Origin: Lachnospiraceae bacterium
Lineage (GTDB): Bacteria > Bacillota > Clostridia > Lachnospirales > Lachnospiraceae
Direction: 5' to 3'
Assembly (NCBI GenBank): GCA_045531055.1
Contig: JAZSDG010000031.1
Span: 11,282 to 75,281 of the forward strand
Length of the DNA stretch: 64,000 nt
Numbering within the stretch: the first letter of the stretch is position 1; the number at the start of each line of letters is the position of its first letter. The notes beneath the pieces are model-generated. The model was not told the DNA's origin and did not search any database. It was given only the letters and a program-made list of their open reading frames with translations. Of this stretch, positions 30,669 through 40,619 are shown one piece after another. The position numbers and the translations under genes were made by a program.

Positions 30669-32315
30669 TTATTGTGGTGGAGCAATCGGTGTCTCCTGCG
30701 GTGCGTTTTGTTCCTCCACCAGTGCTGCATAAGCAGCCTCTGCTGCTGTTAATGTTTCATAGTTGGTTACATATCCCTTAGCTGTATCGGAAAGTGCATC
30801 GTATGCGGCTCTCACCCAAGCAATCGATTCACCGGATTCTAAAGTCACCGTTCCGATAGAATTAATCGCGTTTATTACCGGAGCCGCTGCCTCCTTAGCA
30901 ATTACTTCCTTATTCTCCGTTCCCGGAAGCTCGTACACGATTACCGGATAATTCTTATATACATGTTCAAAAATCGTCTGCGCGGCACTATATGGTAAAT
31001 TGATACAACCATGCGAACCATTTCTCTTATAAATATTGCCGCCAAAGGAACTTCTCCATGTCGCATCATGCATGCCGACATTACCGGCGTATGGCATCCA
31101 GAAAGATACCGGTGTCTCATAGTCATCTCCACGAAGGGTTGCATTACGCTCTGTATAAGTAACACCCCATATTCCGGTCGGTGTCGCATTGCCCTTAGAT
31201 GGCATTCCGGATACAAAATCCGTTTCAATAATTAAATTGCCATTTTCATATAAAAATAAGTGTTGCGCGGTCAGATTAATTTCCACATAGCTATTGCCAT
31301 AATCATTCTCGCTGTGGCTATTGGCTGTCATAGAATAATGCAAATCACGGGTTACTGCTTCCCCCGATTTGATTTCCTCGATGATTGCAGCTTTCTCTGC
31401 ATCTTTATCTACTCTCCAGCCATAATGGCTATTTGGTATCTCAATTGTCGTACCATACGATGTCAAGAACGATTTTGCGGAATAGCAGGTCGTATATGCT
31501 TTCGATAGAGATGAAACATATTCATCTAACATCTCTGTATCTAACATCGGCTCTAAATCATCCGATAGTTTCAGCCAGCTTCCAAAGATTTCCACATCCA
31601 AAACCTGTGTCTGTTCACCAACGGTATATGTAATAGACGCATCCGCGCACTGATTAAATTTGTCCAGTGCTGCAACCAATCGTTCATCATCCTCTAAGAC
31701 TTCCGGCTGCTTGTAACACTTATCCTCTTCTAAGGAAAGTTCTTCATCTAATGCGAAAATTGCTATTTGAACAGCCTCCTTCATAGCATCCTTATCAATT
31801 GCGGTTCCCGGAACCGACGGCACAATCGTAAAGCCCTCTTCCTTGCTGTAAGCAGAAATGGTTGCACTCACAGGTTCTACCTGCTTATCTGCTTCCATGC
31901 AAGAAAGTCCTTCTATCTGTGACTCTAATGCATCCTTATCATATGTCAAAAGCGTCTCAGCAGATAGTTCATTCTTATGAAACAGATGAACAATCCATGC
32001 AAAACCATTCTGTTTCTTTAAGAGCTTCTCTACGCTATCATCCCACTCCAATTCTAGTGCAATATCACTCCCCTTAATCGTCTGAGTTGTTCCATCACTT
32101 TCTGTAATGACAAGTTCGTAGTCTTTGACTTTCTGCTCCGTCTTTGCTTTTACTTGTTTCACCGAACAACCGGAAACACCCATTCCGTTAATGGTTGTTC
32201 GAAAAAAGAAGTGACTCATAAAAAACAAGGAAAATCCAATGTAAATAACTGCCAAAGCTCCAACCGTAATTCCAGCTATTAATAAAACCTTCTTCTTTGT
32301 AATATTCTTAAGCAT
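30669..32315 (-). CDS. Membrane-anchored L,D-transpeptidase (second paralog)
   Basis: N-terminal TM; GMHDATWR...GSHGCIN; C-terminal helical extension. Confidence 0.9.
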   Translation of the reverse strand: MLKNITKKKVLLIAGITVGALAVIYIGFSLFFMSHFFFRTTINGMGVSGCSVKQVKAKTEQKVKDYELVITESDGTTQTIKGSDIALELEWDDSVEKLLKKQNGFAWIVHLFHKNELSAETLLTYDKDALESQIEGLSCMEADKQVEPVSATISAYSKEEGFTIVPSVPGTAIDKDAMKEAVQIAIFALDEELSLEEDKCYKQPEVLEDDERLVAALDKFNQCADASITYTVGEQTQVLDVEIFGSWLKLSDDLEPMLDTEMLDEYVSSLSKAYTTCYSAKSFLTSYGTTIEIPNSHYGWRVDKDAEKAAIIEEIKSGEAVTRDLHYSMTANSHSENDYGNSYVEINLTAQHLFLYENGNLIIETDFVSGMPSKGNATPTGIWGVTYTERNATLRGDDYETPVSFWMPYAGNVGMHDATWRSSFGGNIYKRNGSHGCINLPYSAAQTIFEHVYKNYPVIVYELPGTENKEVIAKEAAAPVINAINSIGTVTLESGESIAWVRAAYDALSDTAKGYVTNYETLTAAEAAYAALVEEQNAPQETPIAPPQ

Positions 32316-32508
32316 TCCACTAAATCCTCTTTCGTAAATATCAATTCATATACATCAAATTATACTAATACCAAACAGAAAGTCAATGGAATATATTGTT
32401 ATACCAATTATTAAGTTTTACTTAAAATAATAAAAATGGGATTGTGAAGAAAAAAGCTCAGTGCTATAATTTGCTTTGTAATAATAAATCATGTATTGGG
32501 TGAAGATT

Positions 32509-33192
32509 ATGACGAAATTGAAACAGCGTATTAGCGCTTTTTATGAAAATAATAAACATCTGCTTATTCTACTGTATTTTATCTTCTATTTGATATGGTT
32601 TCGCTATATTGAACAGACGGTCACTACACACTTCCATGTAATACATGTGCCGATGGATGATTGGATTCCGTTCTGTGAATACTTCATCATTCCGTACTTG
32701 CTTTGGTTTTTTTATGTTGCCTGGGGTGTTGTCTATTTTGCACTACATAATAAGAGTGACTATTACAAATTGTGCGCATTCCTATTTACCGGAATGACCA
32801 TTTTCTTAATTGTATCCACGATTTATCCGAATGGTCACGATTTAAGACCAATGTACTTCACACGCCACAATTTTTATACCATGCTTTGCGAGATGTTATA
32901 CGCCTCCGATACCCCAACGAATTTATTCCCAAGTATCCATGTGTATAATTCTCTTGCCGTTCACATTGCTGTTATGCATAGCAAGGAATTTGCCGGACAT
33001 CGCATTGTCAAAACACTTTCCCTTGTCCTAACAGTAAGTATTATTCTAGCAACCATGTTTTTAAAACAACATTCTGCATTTGATGTCATTACTGCATTTA
33101 TCATTGCAGCTATTATGTACTATATCGTCTATGTTCGGAATTGGTCGAAAGCATCTATTCCTGTTACCAAAAAACGCTTACCACAGACTTAA
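32509..33192 (+). CDS. PAP2-superfamily membrane phosphoesterase
   Basis: RP, FPSIH, STMF-like ATMFLKQH..FD. Confidence 0.8.
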   Translation: MTKLKQRISAFYENNKHLLILLYFIFYLIWFRYIEQTVTTHFHVIHVPMDDWIPFCEYFIIPYLLWFFYVAWGVVYFALHNKSDYYKLCAFLFTGMTIFLIVSTIYPNGHDLRPMYFTRHNFYTMLCEMLYASDTPTNLFPSIHVYNSLAVHIAVMHSKEFAGHRIVKTLSLVLTVSIILATMFLKQHSAFDVITAFIIAAIMYYIVYVRNWSKASIPVTKKRLPQT

Positions 33193-34061
33193 CTGTGGCA
33201 AGCGTTTTGTATTGTCGTTTGCATTGCTGAAAGTTCATCGCTTACATCTTCTAACTGCATACGATTTCTTTCCGCGCATTTAAACAATTCTTCTTCTGTG
33301 CCGAGGATTTCTCCTACTACTTCTTTTATTGGCGCAATCGCATGTGAGTTTGTTTGCGATGTTATTGTCTCCATCTGCTGTGAAGTATTGTGACATGTTT
33401 TCAACAATTTGGTGGTAGACACATTATTGTCTTTCAACAAATTCACCAGATGATGAATGGTCTCTTCTAATTCCTTGATTCGTTCCTGCGATTGCTGCAC
33501 ATCATTACGCATAGAATCGAAAGAGCTCTCGTATGATTTGGCAAATGTGCGAATCTCTTCTGCCGCATTCACAAACCCTTTCCCGGATTCTCCCATTCTA
33601 CCGGCCTCAATCGCTGCATTCAGTGCAAGTACCGCCATCTGCTTACTATAACCTTGCATGGTATCGAGTTCGCCCAGATAATGCTCATTCTCTTCTCTTA
33701 ATAAATCCGGCAAATTGCTTAAATACTTCGATGGTGCTGTAAAATGCTTATTCTGCTCTACTAATTGCTCGGTATTATTCTCTAACCGTTGCATCTGCTC
33801 CCGAATCGTTGCATATATCCTCTCGGTTTCTTTCAAATCTTCCTGATGTTGTTCCAAAGAATGTGCTAATGAAAAAGCCTTTTCTTCATTCAGCTTTGCA
33901 TATTCTGCGGATACCGTCACATTCTTTGCAACCTGTTGTACATCCGTCTCCATACGTGCAACCGATTCTTGTAGCTCTAGCATATCGTTTCTCATGGATT
34001 CTTGTATCAAAGAAACCTCTTCTCTTACTTGTTCCTGCTCTTTTTTCCGATTCCCAAACAT
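33189..34061 (-). CDS. Soluble methyl-accepting chemotaxis-like protein
   Basis: LALNAAIEAGRMGESGKGF hairpin tip; no TM helix. Confidence 0.75.
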   Translation of the reverse strand: MFGNRKKEQEQVREEVSLIQESMRNDMLELQESVARMETDVQQVAKNVTVSAEYAKLNEEKAFSLAHSLEQHQEDLKETERIYATIREQMQRLENNTEQLVEQNKHFTAPSKYLSNLPDLLREENEHYLGELDTMQGYSKQMAVLALNAAIEAGRMGESGKGFVNAAEEIRTFAKSYESSFDSMRNDVQQSQERIKELEETIHHLVNLLKDNNVSTTKLLKTCHNTSQQMETITSQTNSHAIAPIKEVVGEILGTEEELFKCAERNRMQLEDVSDELSAMQTTIQNACHS

Positions 34062-34168
34062 TGCATTTCCTCCAATTACATGTAATTTTATTCTACAATG
34101 TATCGAAATTTTGCGCAAGAAGAAGGTGTAAAAATGGATTGCACCCCAACACTTGACTTAGAACCAAA

Positions 34169-34213
34169 AGAGCTATTGCTCTCTAGTGATTACTCACCAT
34201 TTGCAATAGCTCT
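34169..34213 (-). terminator. Terminator of pilus locus
   Basis: AGAGCTATTGC...GCAATAGCTCT followed by TTT on minus strand. Confidence 0.7.
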
Positions 34214-34227
34214 CATTAGACTCATTA

Positions 34228-36132
34228 TTAACTTTTTGGTCGCGATATAACCTGACCATTCTCTTTTAAAGAGCCTTGATCTTTTGGATTTTTAATTACA
34301 ATAGTACTCATATCAGTAGATGATAACTTTTCTAGCAAACCGCCTTCACCACTAACACTTTCCAATTGATAGAAATCACCTACTTCTGGATTATAAATAA
34401 GTGCTTTCGAAATAATTAAACCGTGAAGTTCTAAAATATCAACTTGATTGTTTGCAATTCCTGAATTAGGCATATATATGATGCCGTAGATTGTAACTTT
34501 AACACCACTTGGCACGTTAAAAATTACTGCTCCATTTAAGGAAGCTAACAAAACCGGTTCATCAGGACTACCAATTACCAATTCTCCTTGTGTTTGTGAA
34601 ACATTAATCTTCAAATTTCCTTGAGCAATAATTGCTGGTGTTGTAATATCATAATTAATGTTATTTATTATTAATTCTCCAGCCGAATATTGTGCCAAAG
34701 ATTTATTCTGCAACGCTGTCTTTGCATCATTGGAAGGTGATAAAAGAGTTTCCGTTTTATAATAAGTTTGTATCTTATCCAAAACCGGTAAAGATTGAAC
34801 CTGTTCAACAAAATTATCCGGATCTTCATAATAATTACAGTTCAACATACAACTATTTTCATAAATAACAACTCCATCACCAAGGTATAATGGTGCTTTC
34901 ACATAACATGTAGCTGTTCCGGATACTATAGACCCGTTTTCCGGTCGATAGGTAGAAGTAGCACGTACAATTAATGTCTCGCTCTCTTCATCCTCACCAA
35001 TTGTTAATAATCCATTGGAGCTAATATAAGTATTTGCAGACTTCTTGCCCTCTACGGACCAATCAACTGTCTGTGGTGGATTATTATTACCCTTTACCAC
35101 TGCTGTAAACTGCTGTGTCTCACCTTTATACTTAGTAACCGGATTTGGAGTAACTTCAACTTCTAATACTTCTACTTGCGGTGTTGGCTCCTTTACAATA
35201 ATTGTTGCTTCTGCATATACATCCTGAAGCAAAGCACCAGATGATGGATCTTTAGCAGTTGCTCTTACTTTAATTTCTTTATTTGCATTTCCTGTTTCAT
35301 CTAATCCAAGATCACATACTGCATACATTGGATTATTATTATTTGGTTCACAATTTGTACCAGTAGAGCTATTACCATAATATGTCCATTCTACATTCTG
35401 AAATTCTGCAATATCCGGATATACCTTTGCTTGAAATACACAAGTTTCGCCCGGAAGACGCTCTACAACAACCGGTGTGATCTCAACACTTGTAATTTCA
35501 GTAGGATTGGTTCCGCCCGGAGTATTTGGTTGTGAAGGCATTCTAAGGGTATTACGTAAATGTACCGTTCTCTCTGCACTGTAGAGTTTCTGATTCTTAG
35601 CCATATCCATCGTAAGATAAACTTCTCTTACATCCAGATTTTGCAAATCAGCAGAAAAGTCTTCAACATTATTTGCTAATAGTTCTTCATTTGAAAAATC
35701 TAATGGATTTGCCGGATTAATTGCATTGGCTTCTGTTTGTAAATAATAAATTTTCTTATCATCCTTTTGCCAACCCAATATATCATAAATCTGATTACCG
35801 TACTTATCCGTACTTAATACCCAGATTTCTTTTACTAGCATATCCGCATTAGGATTATTACCAGTAGCCTGTATATCATTCACATACTGATCTCTTACAC
35901 CATTATCTGTAGTAATCCAGTAAGTAACATAATCTCCATCCATGATATAATTGTTCATCTGAGATAACGTAATCTGTGCCTTTTCCTGCAAAGAAACTTC
36001 ATCCGTAGTCTTGCCGTATGATTTTAACCCAAATAGCATAAAACTACTAACCAGTGTTCCTACAATGGATGCAATTGCAAGACCAATGACAATTTCAATT
36101 AGTGAAAAACCTGCATTTTTCTTCTTCTTCAT
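34228..36132 (-). CDS. Large minor pilin with two Ig-like domains (putative adhesin)
   Basis: AG|FSLIE class III signal; repeated VEITP/VEVTP...F.A.V...V.W Ig-like units. Confidence 0.8.
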   Translation of the reverse strand: MKKKKNAGFSLIEIVIGLAIASIVGTLVSSFMLFGLKSYGKTTDEVSLQEKAQITLSQMNNYIMDGDYVTYWITTDNGVRDQYVNDIQATGNNPNADMLVKEIWVLSTDKYGNQIYDILGWQKDDKKIYYLQTEANAINPANPLDFSNEELLANNVEDFSADLQNLDVREVYLTMDMAKNQKLYSAERTVHLRNTLRMPSQPNTPGGTNPTEITSVEITPVVVERLPGETCVFQAKVYPDIAEFQNVEWTYYGNSSTGTNCEPNNNNPMYAVCDLGLDETGNANKEIKVRATAKDPSSGALLQDVYAEATIIVKEPTPQVEVLEVEVTPNPVTKYKGETQQFTAVVKGNNNPPQTVDWSVEGKKSANTYISSNGLLTIGEDEESETLIVRATSTYRPENGSIVSGTATCYVKAPLYLGDGVVIYENSCMLNCNYYEDPDNFVEQVQSLPVLDKIQTYYKTETLLSPSNDAKTALQNKSLAQYSAGELIINNINYDITTPAIIAQGNLKINVSQTQGELVIGSPDEPVLLASLNGAVIFNVPSGVKVTIYGIIYMPNSGIANNQVDILELHGLIISKALIYNPEVGDFYQLESVSGEGGLLEKLSSTDMSTIVIKNPKDQGSLKENGQVISRPKS

Positions 36133-36141
36133 TACAACCTC

Positions 36142-36711
36142 CTAGTTCACTTCAACATTCCCAGTGGTAGGATAGATAACAACCGTATTCTCCCTATCCT
36201 TGAATTCTACCTTGATTCCGGCGTATTTATAATCAACGTTGTTGATAACGACAGGACTCATTGCACCACTTCCCTTGTCAAACAAAATCTGTGCTGCAAC
36301 GGTCATATTCGCTTCTGACGTCTGATTCGTTAACACCTCTTCATAGGTACTGCCATTTCCGCTTAAAGGCTTATAAATTGCGGTGATAGTAAGCGGGCTC
36401 CCGCCTAGGTTCACCTTCTTAACAATATTGCTATCATTCAATTGGTAAACTGCGCCATTATTGCGACAATCTTGATGAATGGTAGCCGCGTAGAACTGAT
36501 TGTCTAGCTGATAGAATATAACACCTTTTACATTCCCCTTACTCATCGCCTGTACTTTGGCTTCACTGATAGTTGAATCTACCATCTTAACCGCTTTGTT
36601 CACTCGCCAGCCGAGATGCGTACCTGATATTATAATAGCAGATGTTGTAATAATTGCCAATATGGCAATTGCAATAATTATTTCGATTAAGGAAAATCCT
36701 TTATTTTTCAT
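36142..36711 (-). CDS. Minor type IV pilin
   Basis: KG|FSLIE class III signal peptide. Confidence 0.85.
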   Translation of the reverse strand: MKNKGFSLIEIIIAIAILAIITTSAIIISGTHLGWRVNKAVKMVDSTISEAKVQAMSKGNVKGVIFYQLDNQFYAATIHQDCRNNGAVYQLNDSNIVKKVNLGGSPLTITAIYKPLSGNGSTYEEVLTNQTSEANMTVAAQILFDKGSGAMSPVVINNVDYKYAGIKVEFKDRENTVVIYPTTGNVEVN

Positions 36712-36719
36712 ATTATCAC

Positions 36720-38852
36720 CTACTCTTTTGACCAGTTCGTATAAGATACCAAATCAACAACATCGATTTGTTCCCCATTACCATTTGCTGCTGATACATA
36801 TGTATCTGAATTTCTTAATAAATCAGACAATTTGTACTGCGTACCACCGGCATCATATACCGCCTCACGAATTAACGTCGATGTTTTCGCAACATTTGTT
36901 GTATATTCATTCGGATTGCTTCCTGTTTTAAGTGTTACAGAACCTCCGCAAATAATTGTTCCTTCAAAAGATGTCTCCAAAGTCACATCTCCGGTTGCAA
37001 TAATAAGTCCTACATTTTTACCGGATAACATATTCGACGTTACTGTTAAACCTGCAGATTCTGTAGATACGATTGCAACATATTTATTGCCAGTTCCACT
37101 ATCATAAGTATATTCTACTTTGGTTGAAGGATGAAGATTGTTTAGTAGCGTTACATCAATAAGATTGCTAAATACATCATCATTTTTCTCTTGTGTGGTT
37201 AATGCTGCATAGGTTGGTGTAAGATTTGTACAATATGCAGCAAATTGATCCTGCCATTTAATCTGCTTGTTATAGTAATCCCAGTTCGGAATAATGGTAA
37301 AATCGACCGAATTTGTTTCCGGCATTTCATAGGTTGGCGAACTGCTACCGCCATTCCAATAAATACATCCACCGTTTGTTGACTGATCTGCCATTGCATT
37401 TGGTGCCTTAATATATTCCACATAATTGGACAAATTAGACATATTATCGCTTACGTATCTTGACATGTTTTTACTATAATATAGTAAAGCTCTATAATCT
37501 TCGCTAAAGTTCAGATAATAATAATATTTTCCATCTGCGTTATTCTTTTTCATTGAGATAGATGACGCATAATACGGATAATTCTTATATACAGATTCAT
37601 TCCCCTGTAAATTATTATCTGTGGAAGGATTTGTCACTCCTGTTCCTATAAAGCACTCTCTATGTGCTAAGTACACATCCTTCAAACTGCTTACTGTAAG
37701 AGACTCACCTGTCATTAATACCGGATCTGAAGTATAAGCATTTCCTGCAATCAGTAATTTATCTAATCCGGACATATCTAACTTTGCTTTTTTCCCATTT
37801 GTAGCATAAATCTGAATGGCACTACTGTATCTGGATTGATCTGAAATTGTAGCAATTGATGATGACCATATCGCAGATTTCGGATTACCATATCCATAAT
37901 ATTGACCAGATAGTGTAACATCTGCACCATCACGAATATTTAAGTTATCTGCCACATAGGAAGTTCCCTGTAAGTTAAGTGTTCCAGAAGCATTTATGGT
38001 ATCTGCCCAAAAAGAAGCTGTCAGACCGGAATTAAATGTTGATGACGAAGGGATATCCAAGACACTTTCAACGATAACATTTGCCTGTGGTCCCATATTG
38101 ACTTCACTGCCACCAAAAAGAACCAACCCCTCTGTACCGGATTGGCGATTTCCCCCGGCATATAAATTACCATAAATTGTAACAGGTTGTGCGTTCTTAG
38201 CACTTACTCCATTATTTCCTATAATCGAATAATTCAATAATTCCGGTGCATCATTACTTTGCATGAATCCAAAATCCGGACATTCGATTGTAATGTCTGT
38301 TTTAACGGTTGAAACAAACTCACCATTCTGATGGACCATTTTCAGATTCTTAAGGACAAGTGCCCCCTGATCAATCACCATTATTCTATCCGATTCATTC
38401 GGCACATCCAAAAATGCCCCATTTTCCGTACTTGCATCATAACGATGACTCACACCAATATACTGTTGCAATACGTCAAGCTTATAAAGGTCAAGTGCAT
38501 TGGAGTCCGATAAAACTGATTTTAGTTCATTATAATAATAATTTTCAAATGCAGCCTGACGAGCTGAATTATTTTGATTTGTTGAAGAATAATTTGTCAA
38601 TACATATTCATATGCTTGTGCCGCTGCGTCTCCGGCTAATTGTTGTAATCCGACGCGCACTTCATCCATAGCTTCTTCTGCATCATAAAAAGTATTAACC
38701 GCATCTCTGTTTACCCCTTTCATCTGCAAATTCATTAAACTGGCAGACAAAATTACAGACATCAATATGCTAATAAGCGCAATTGCTGCGATTACGAATA
38801 CCAAAGAGGCTCCTCGATTGTTTTTAAGCAAACTATGTTTTCTCATATACAT
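36720..38852 (-). CDS. PilX/PilK-like large minor pilin
   Basis: RG|ASLVF lacking Glu5; FYDAEEA PilX-like N-region; 710 aa. Confidence 0.78.
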   Translation of the reverse strand: MYMRKHSLLKNNRGASLVFVIAAIALISILMSVILSASLMNLQMKGVNRDAVNTFYDAEEAMDEVRVGLQQLAGDAAAQAYEYVLTNYSSTNQNNSARQAAFENYYYNELKSVLSDSNALDLYKLDVLQQYIGVSHRYDASTENGAFLDVPNESDRIMVIDQGALVLKNLKMVHQNGEFVSTVKTDITIECPDFGFMQSNDAPELLNYSIIGNNGVSAKNAQPVTIYGNLYAGGNRQSGTEGLVLFGGSEVNMGPQANVIVESVLDIPSSSTFNSGLTASFWADTINASGTLNLQGTSYVADNLNIRDGADVTLSGQYYGYGNPKSAIWSSSIATISDQSRYSSAIQIYATNGKKAKLDMSGLDKLLIAGNAYTSDPVLMTGESLTVSSLKDVYLAHRECFIGTGVTNPSTDNNLQGNESVYKNYPYYASSISMKKNNADGKYYYYLNFSEDYRALLYYSKNMSRYVSDNMSNLSNYVEYIKAPNAMADQSTNGGCIYWNGGSSSPTYEMPETNSVDFTIIPNWDYYNKQIKWQDQFAAYCTNLTPTYAALTTQEKNDDVFSNLIDVTLLNNLHPSTKVEYTYDSGTGNKYVAIVSTESAGLTVTSNMLSGKNVGLIIATGDVTLETSFEGTIICGGSVTLKTGSNPNEYTTNVAKTSTLIREAVYDAGGTQYKLSDLLRNSDTYVSAANGNGEQIDVVDLVSYTNWSKE

Positions 38853-38860
38853 TCTACCCT

Positions 38861-39955
38861 CTATCTCATTGCCGTACCGGTAAGTGAAGTTAATATATCG
38901 CCATTGTTGGATTTTACGACTACCTGAATTTCATATATCGCAACGCCTCCGTCTACTTCTTTGGACAAAGTGCTAAAATCCACTTGTTGCTGTGCCATAG
39001 GTAAAGTTCCCAATTCTATTGCATTTTTCTTAAGTATCATATCGCTAGCGCTCAAAGAAACGTTACTTCGTAATGCAAAATCCTTTGTTGATCCAAAATT
39101 ATTATATAGATTCACCTCTATTTTTTTCGTAGATGATGTATCTTGTCTTACCACATAAACATTTAACGGAACCTGAAAGTCTACGCCATTATTTAATTCA
39201 ACGTTAATGATGTCAGCATCCGATTCCGGCACATAACAAATATAAAGATTTTTTGGTGGTTCTTTCGAGCAATAGATTGTTTCCATTTTCTGAGCAATCG
39301 GAGTATTATCAGATGCTTTACTATAGACAATCTGCTGATTAATCATATAATACTTATCACCGGTCGTTCCTGAAAGATACTTATAATCAACTGCAAAGTT
39401 ATATGTCACTTTTATGTTGTTTTGTAAAGCGTTTGCATGAACTCCAATATGTGCATTGGCATAAGACTCTACTACTTTATCCGTATCATCCACTGCCTGA
39501 ACATATACTGCATCTGTCATAGCATCCATCGTATTTAGCTGCGGTGTCATTTGCCCATTTACATCATATAAATAAGCCACATCTCCCACCTGCTGTGTGG
39601 ATGGCGTCATAGTAATATCCACTTGATAAGTCTTTCCATCAAATGTAAATGCTGAATTGGAGTGCTCATATATAGGATAATACTTGCCATTTATCTCTAC
39701 CGAATTGACGGTATTCCAAGCCATCCCATTTGTGCCATCGGCATATGTTTCCACACCATTGGACTTAATTTCTTCAATGAAATTTTCCGCAATCGCAGTT
39801 GCATTCAGCAACTGACGACCGGAAAGATTATTTTTGCCTGCTAAGATAAATGCTTTTAATAGTGGAATTGCACAGATAACAAGAACGGTCATGGCAATCA
39901 ATGTCTCCACTAGTGAAAAGCCTTCATTTGATTTTCTTAACTGTTTCATACGCAT
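38861..39955 (-). CDS. Minor type IV pilin (PilV-like)
   Basis: EG|FSLVE class III signal peptide. Confidence 0.82.
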   Translation of the reverse strand: MRMKQLRKSNEGFSLVETLIAMTVLVICAIPLLKAFILAGKNNLSGRQLLNATAIAENFIEEIKSNGVETYADGTNGMAWNTVNSVEINGKYYPIYEHSNSAFTFDGKTYQVDITMTPSTQQVGDVAYLYDVNGQMTPQLNTMDAMTDAVYVQAVDDTDKVVESYANAHIGVHANALQNNIKVTYNFAVDYKYLSGTTGDKYYMINQQIVYSKASDNTPIAQKMETIYCSKEPPKNLYICYVPESDADIINVELNNGVDFQVPLNVYVVRQDTSSTKKIEVNLYNNFGSTKDFALRSNVSLSASDMILKKNAIELGTLPMAQQQVDFSTLSKEVDGGVAIYEIQVVVKSNNGDILTSLTGTAMR

Positions 39956-39959
39956 TTAC

Positions 39960-40619
39960 CTATTTTACACCGAAAATATTTGGAGTTGTCATCGGAACAC
40001 TTGGAATATCCTCAGGAACATACGGTGCATCACTACCATCCAAGTAGTACATATTCAAAATAACTCCACCCTCTAAATAATCTGCATCATCAGACGAAGT
40101 AATACTAATTTGTTCAATCGCCACACGTTTTTCAGAATCTCTCAATCCATTAATTAAACTCTTTAATGAATCATAATCTGTTGTACAGTTAAGTGTTACC
40201 GTATTCTGACGAAGCACTTTGCCTGCATCGGTCGGATTTGCTCCCGACTGATTCAATGCATATACCTCTAAATTCGGATTCATGTTAATAGCTTTAACGT
40301 AAATCTCATGTTCAAGCTCAAGATTTCTTGCAAACATTACCTCATCTTCTTCTTCAATATGAGATGGTACTGCTTTTAACATCTTCTTAACTTCTTTGTT
40401 CATTCTTTCTATGTCATCTTCGTATTCTTTTTTGTGCTTCTTTTTTTCGTTCAAATCGTTTACTTCTACTTGTAGTGTTTTATTAGATGCTTTGATGTTC
40501 TTCGTGGTATCCTGCAACTTCGTAAAAACAAATAAATATACCAGTACAAAAACCAAAATTCCACCAAGCGCCATAAGAATACCCGCTTCTAATCTCCCCA
40601 AACTACGACCTTTACTCAT
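39960..40619 (-). CDS. PilO-like pilus alignment protein
   Basis: TM + coiled coil + ferredoxin-like C-terminus; follows pilMN. Confidence 0.7.
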   Translation of the reverse strand: MSKGRSLGRLEAGILMALGGILVFVLVYLFVFTKLQDTTKNIKASNKTLQVEVNDLNEKKKHKKEYEDDIERMNKEVKKMLKAVPSHIEEEDEVMFARNLELEHEIYVKAINMNPNLEVYALNQSGANPTDAGKVLRQNTVTLNCTTDYDSLKSLINGLRDSEKRVAIEQISITSSDDADYLEGGVILNMYYLDGSDAPYVPEDIPSVPMTTPNIFGVK

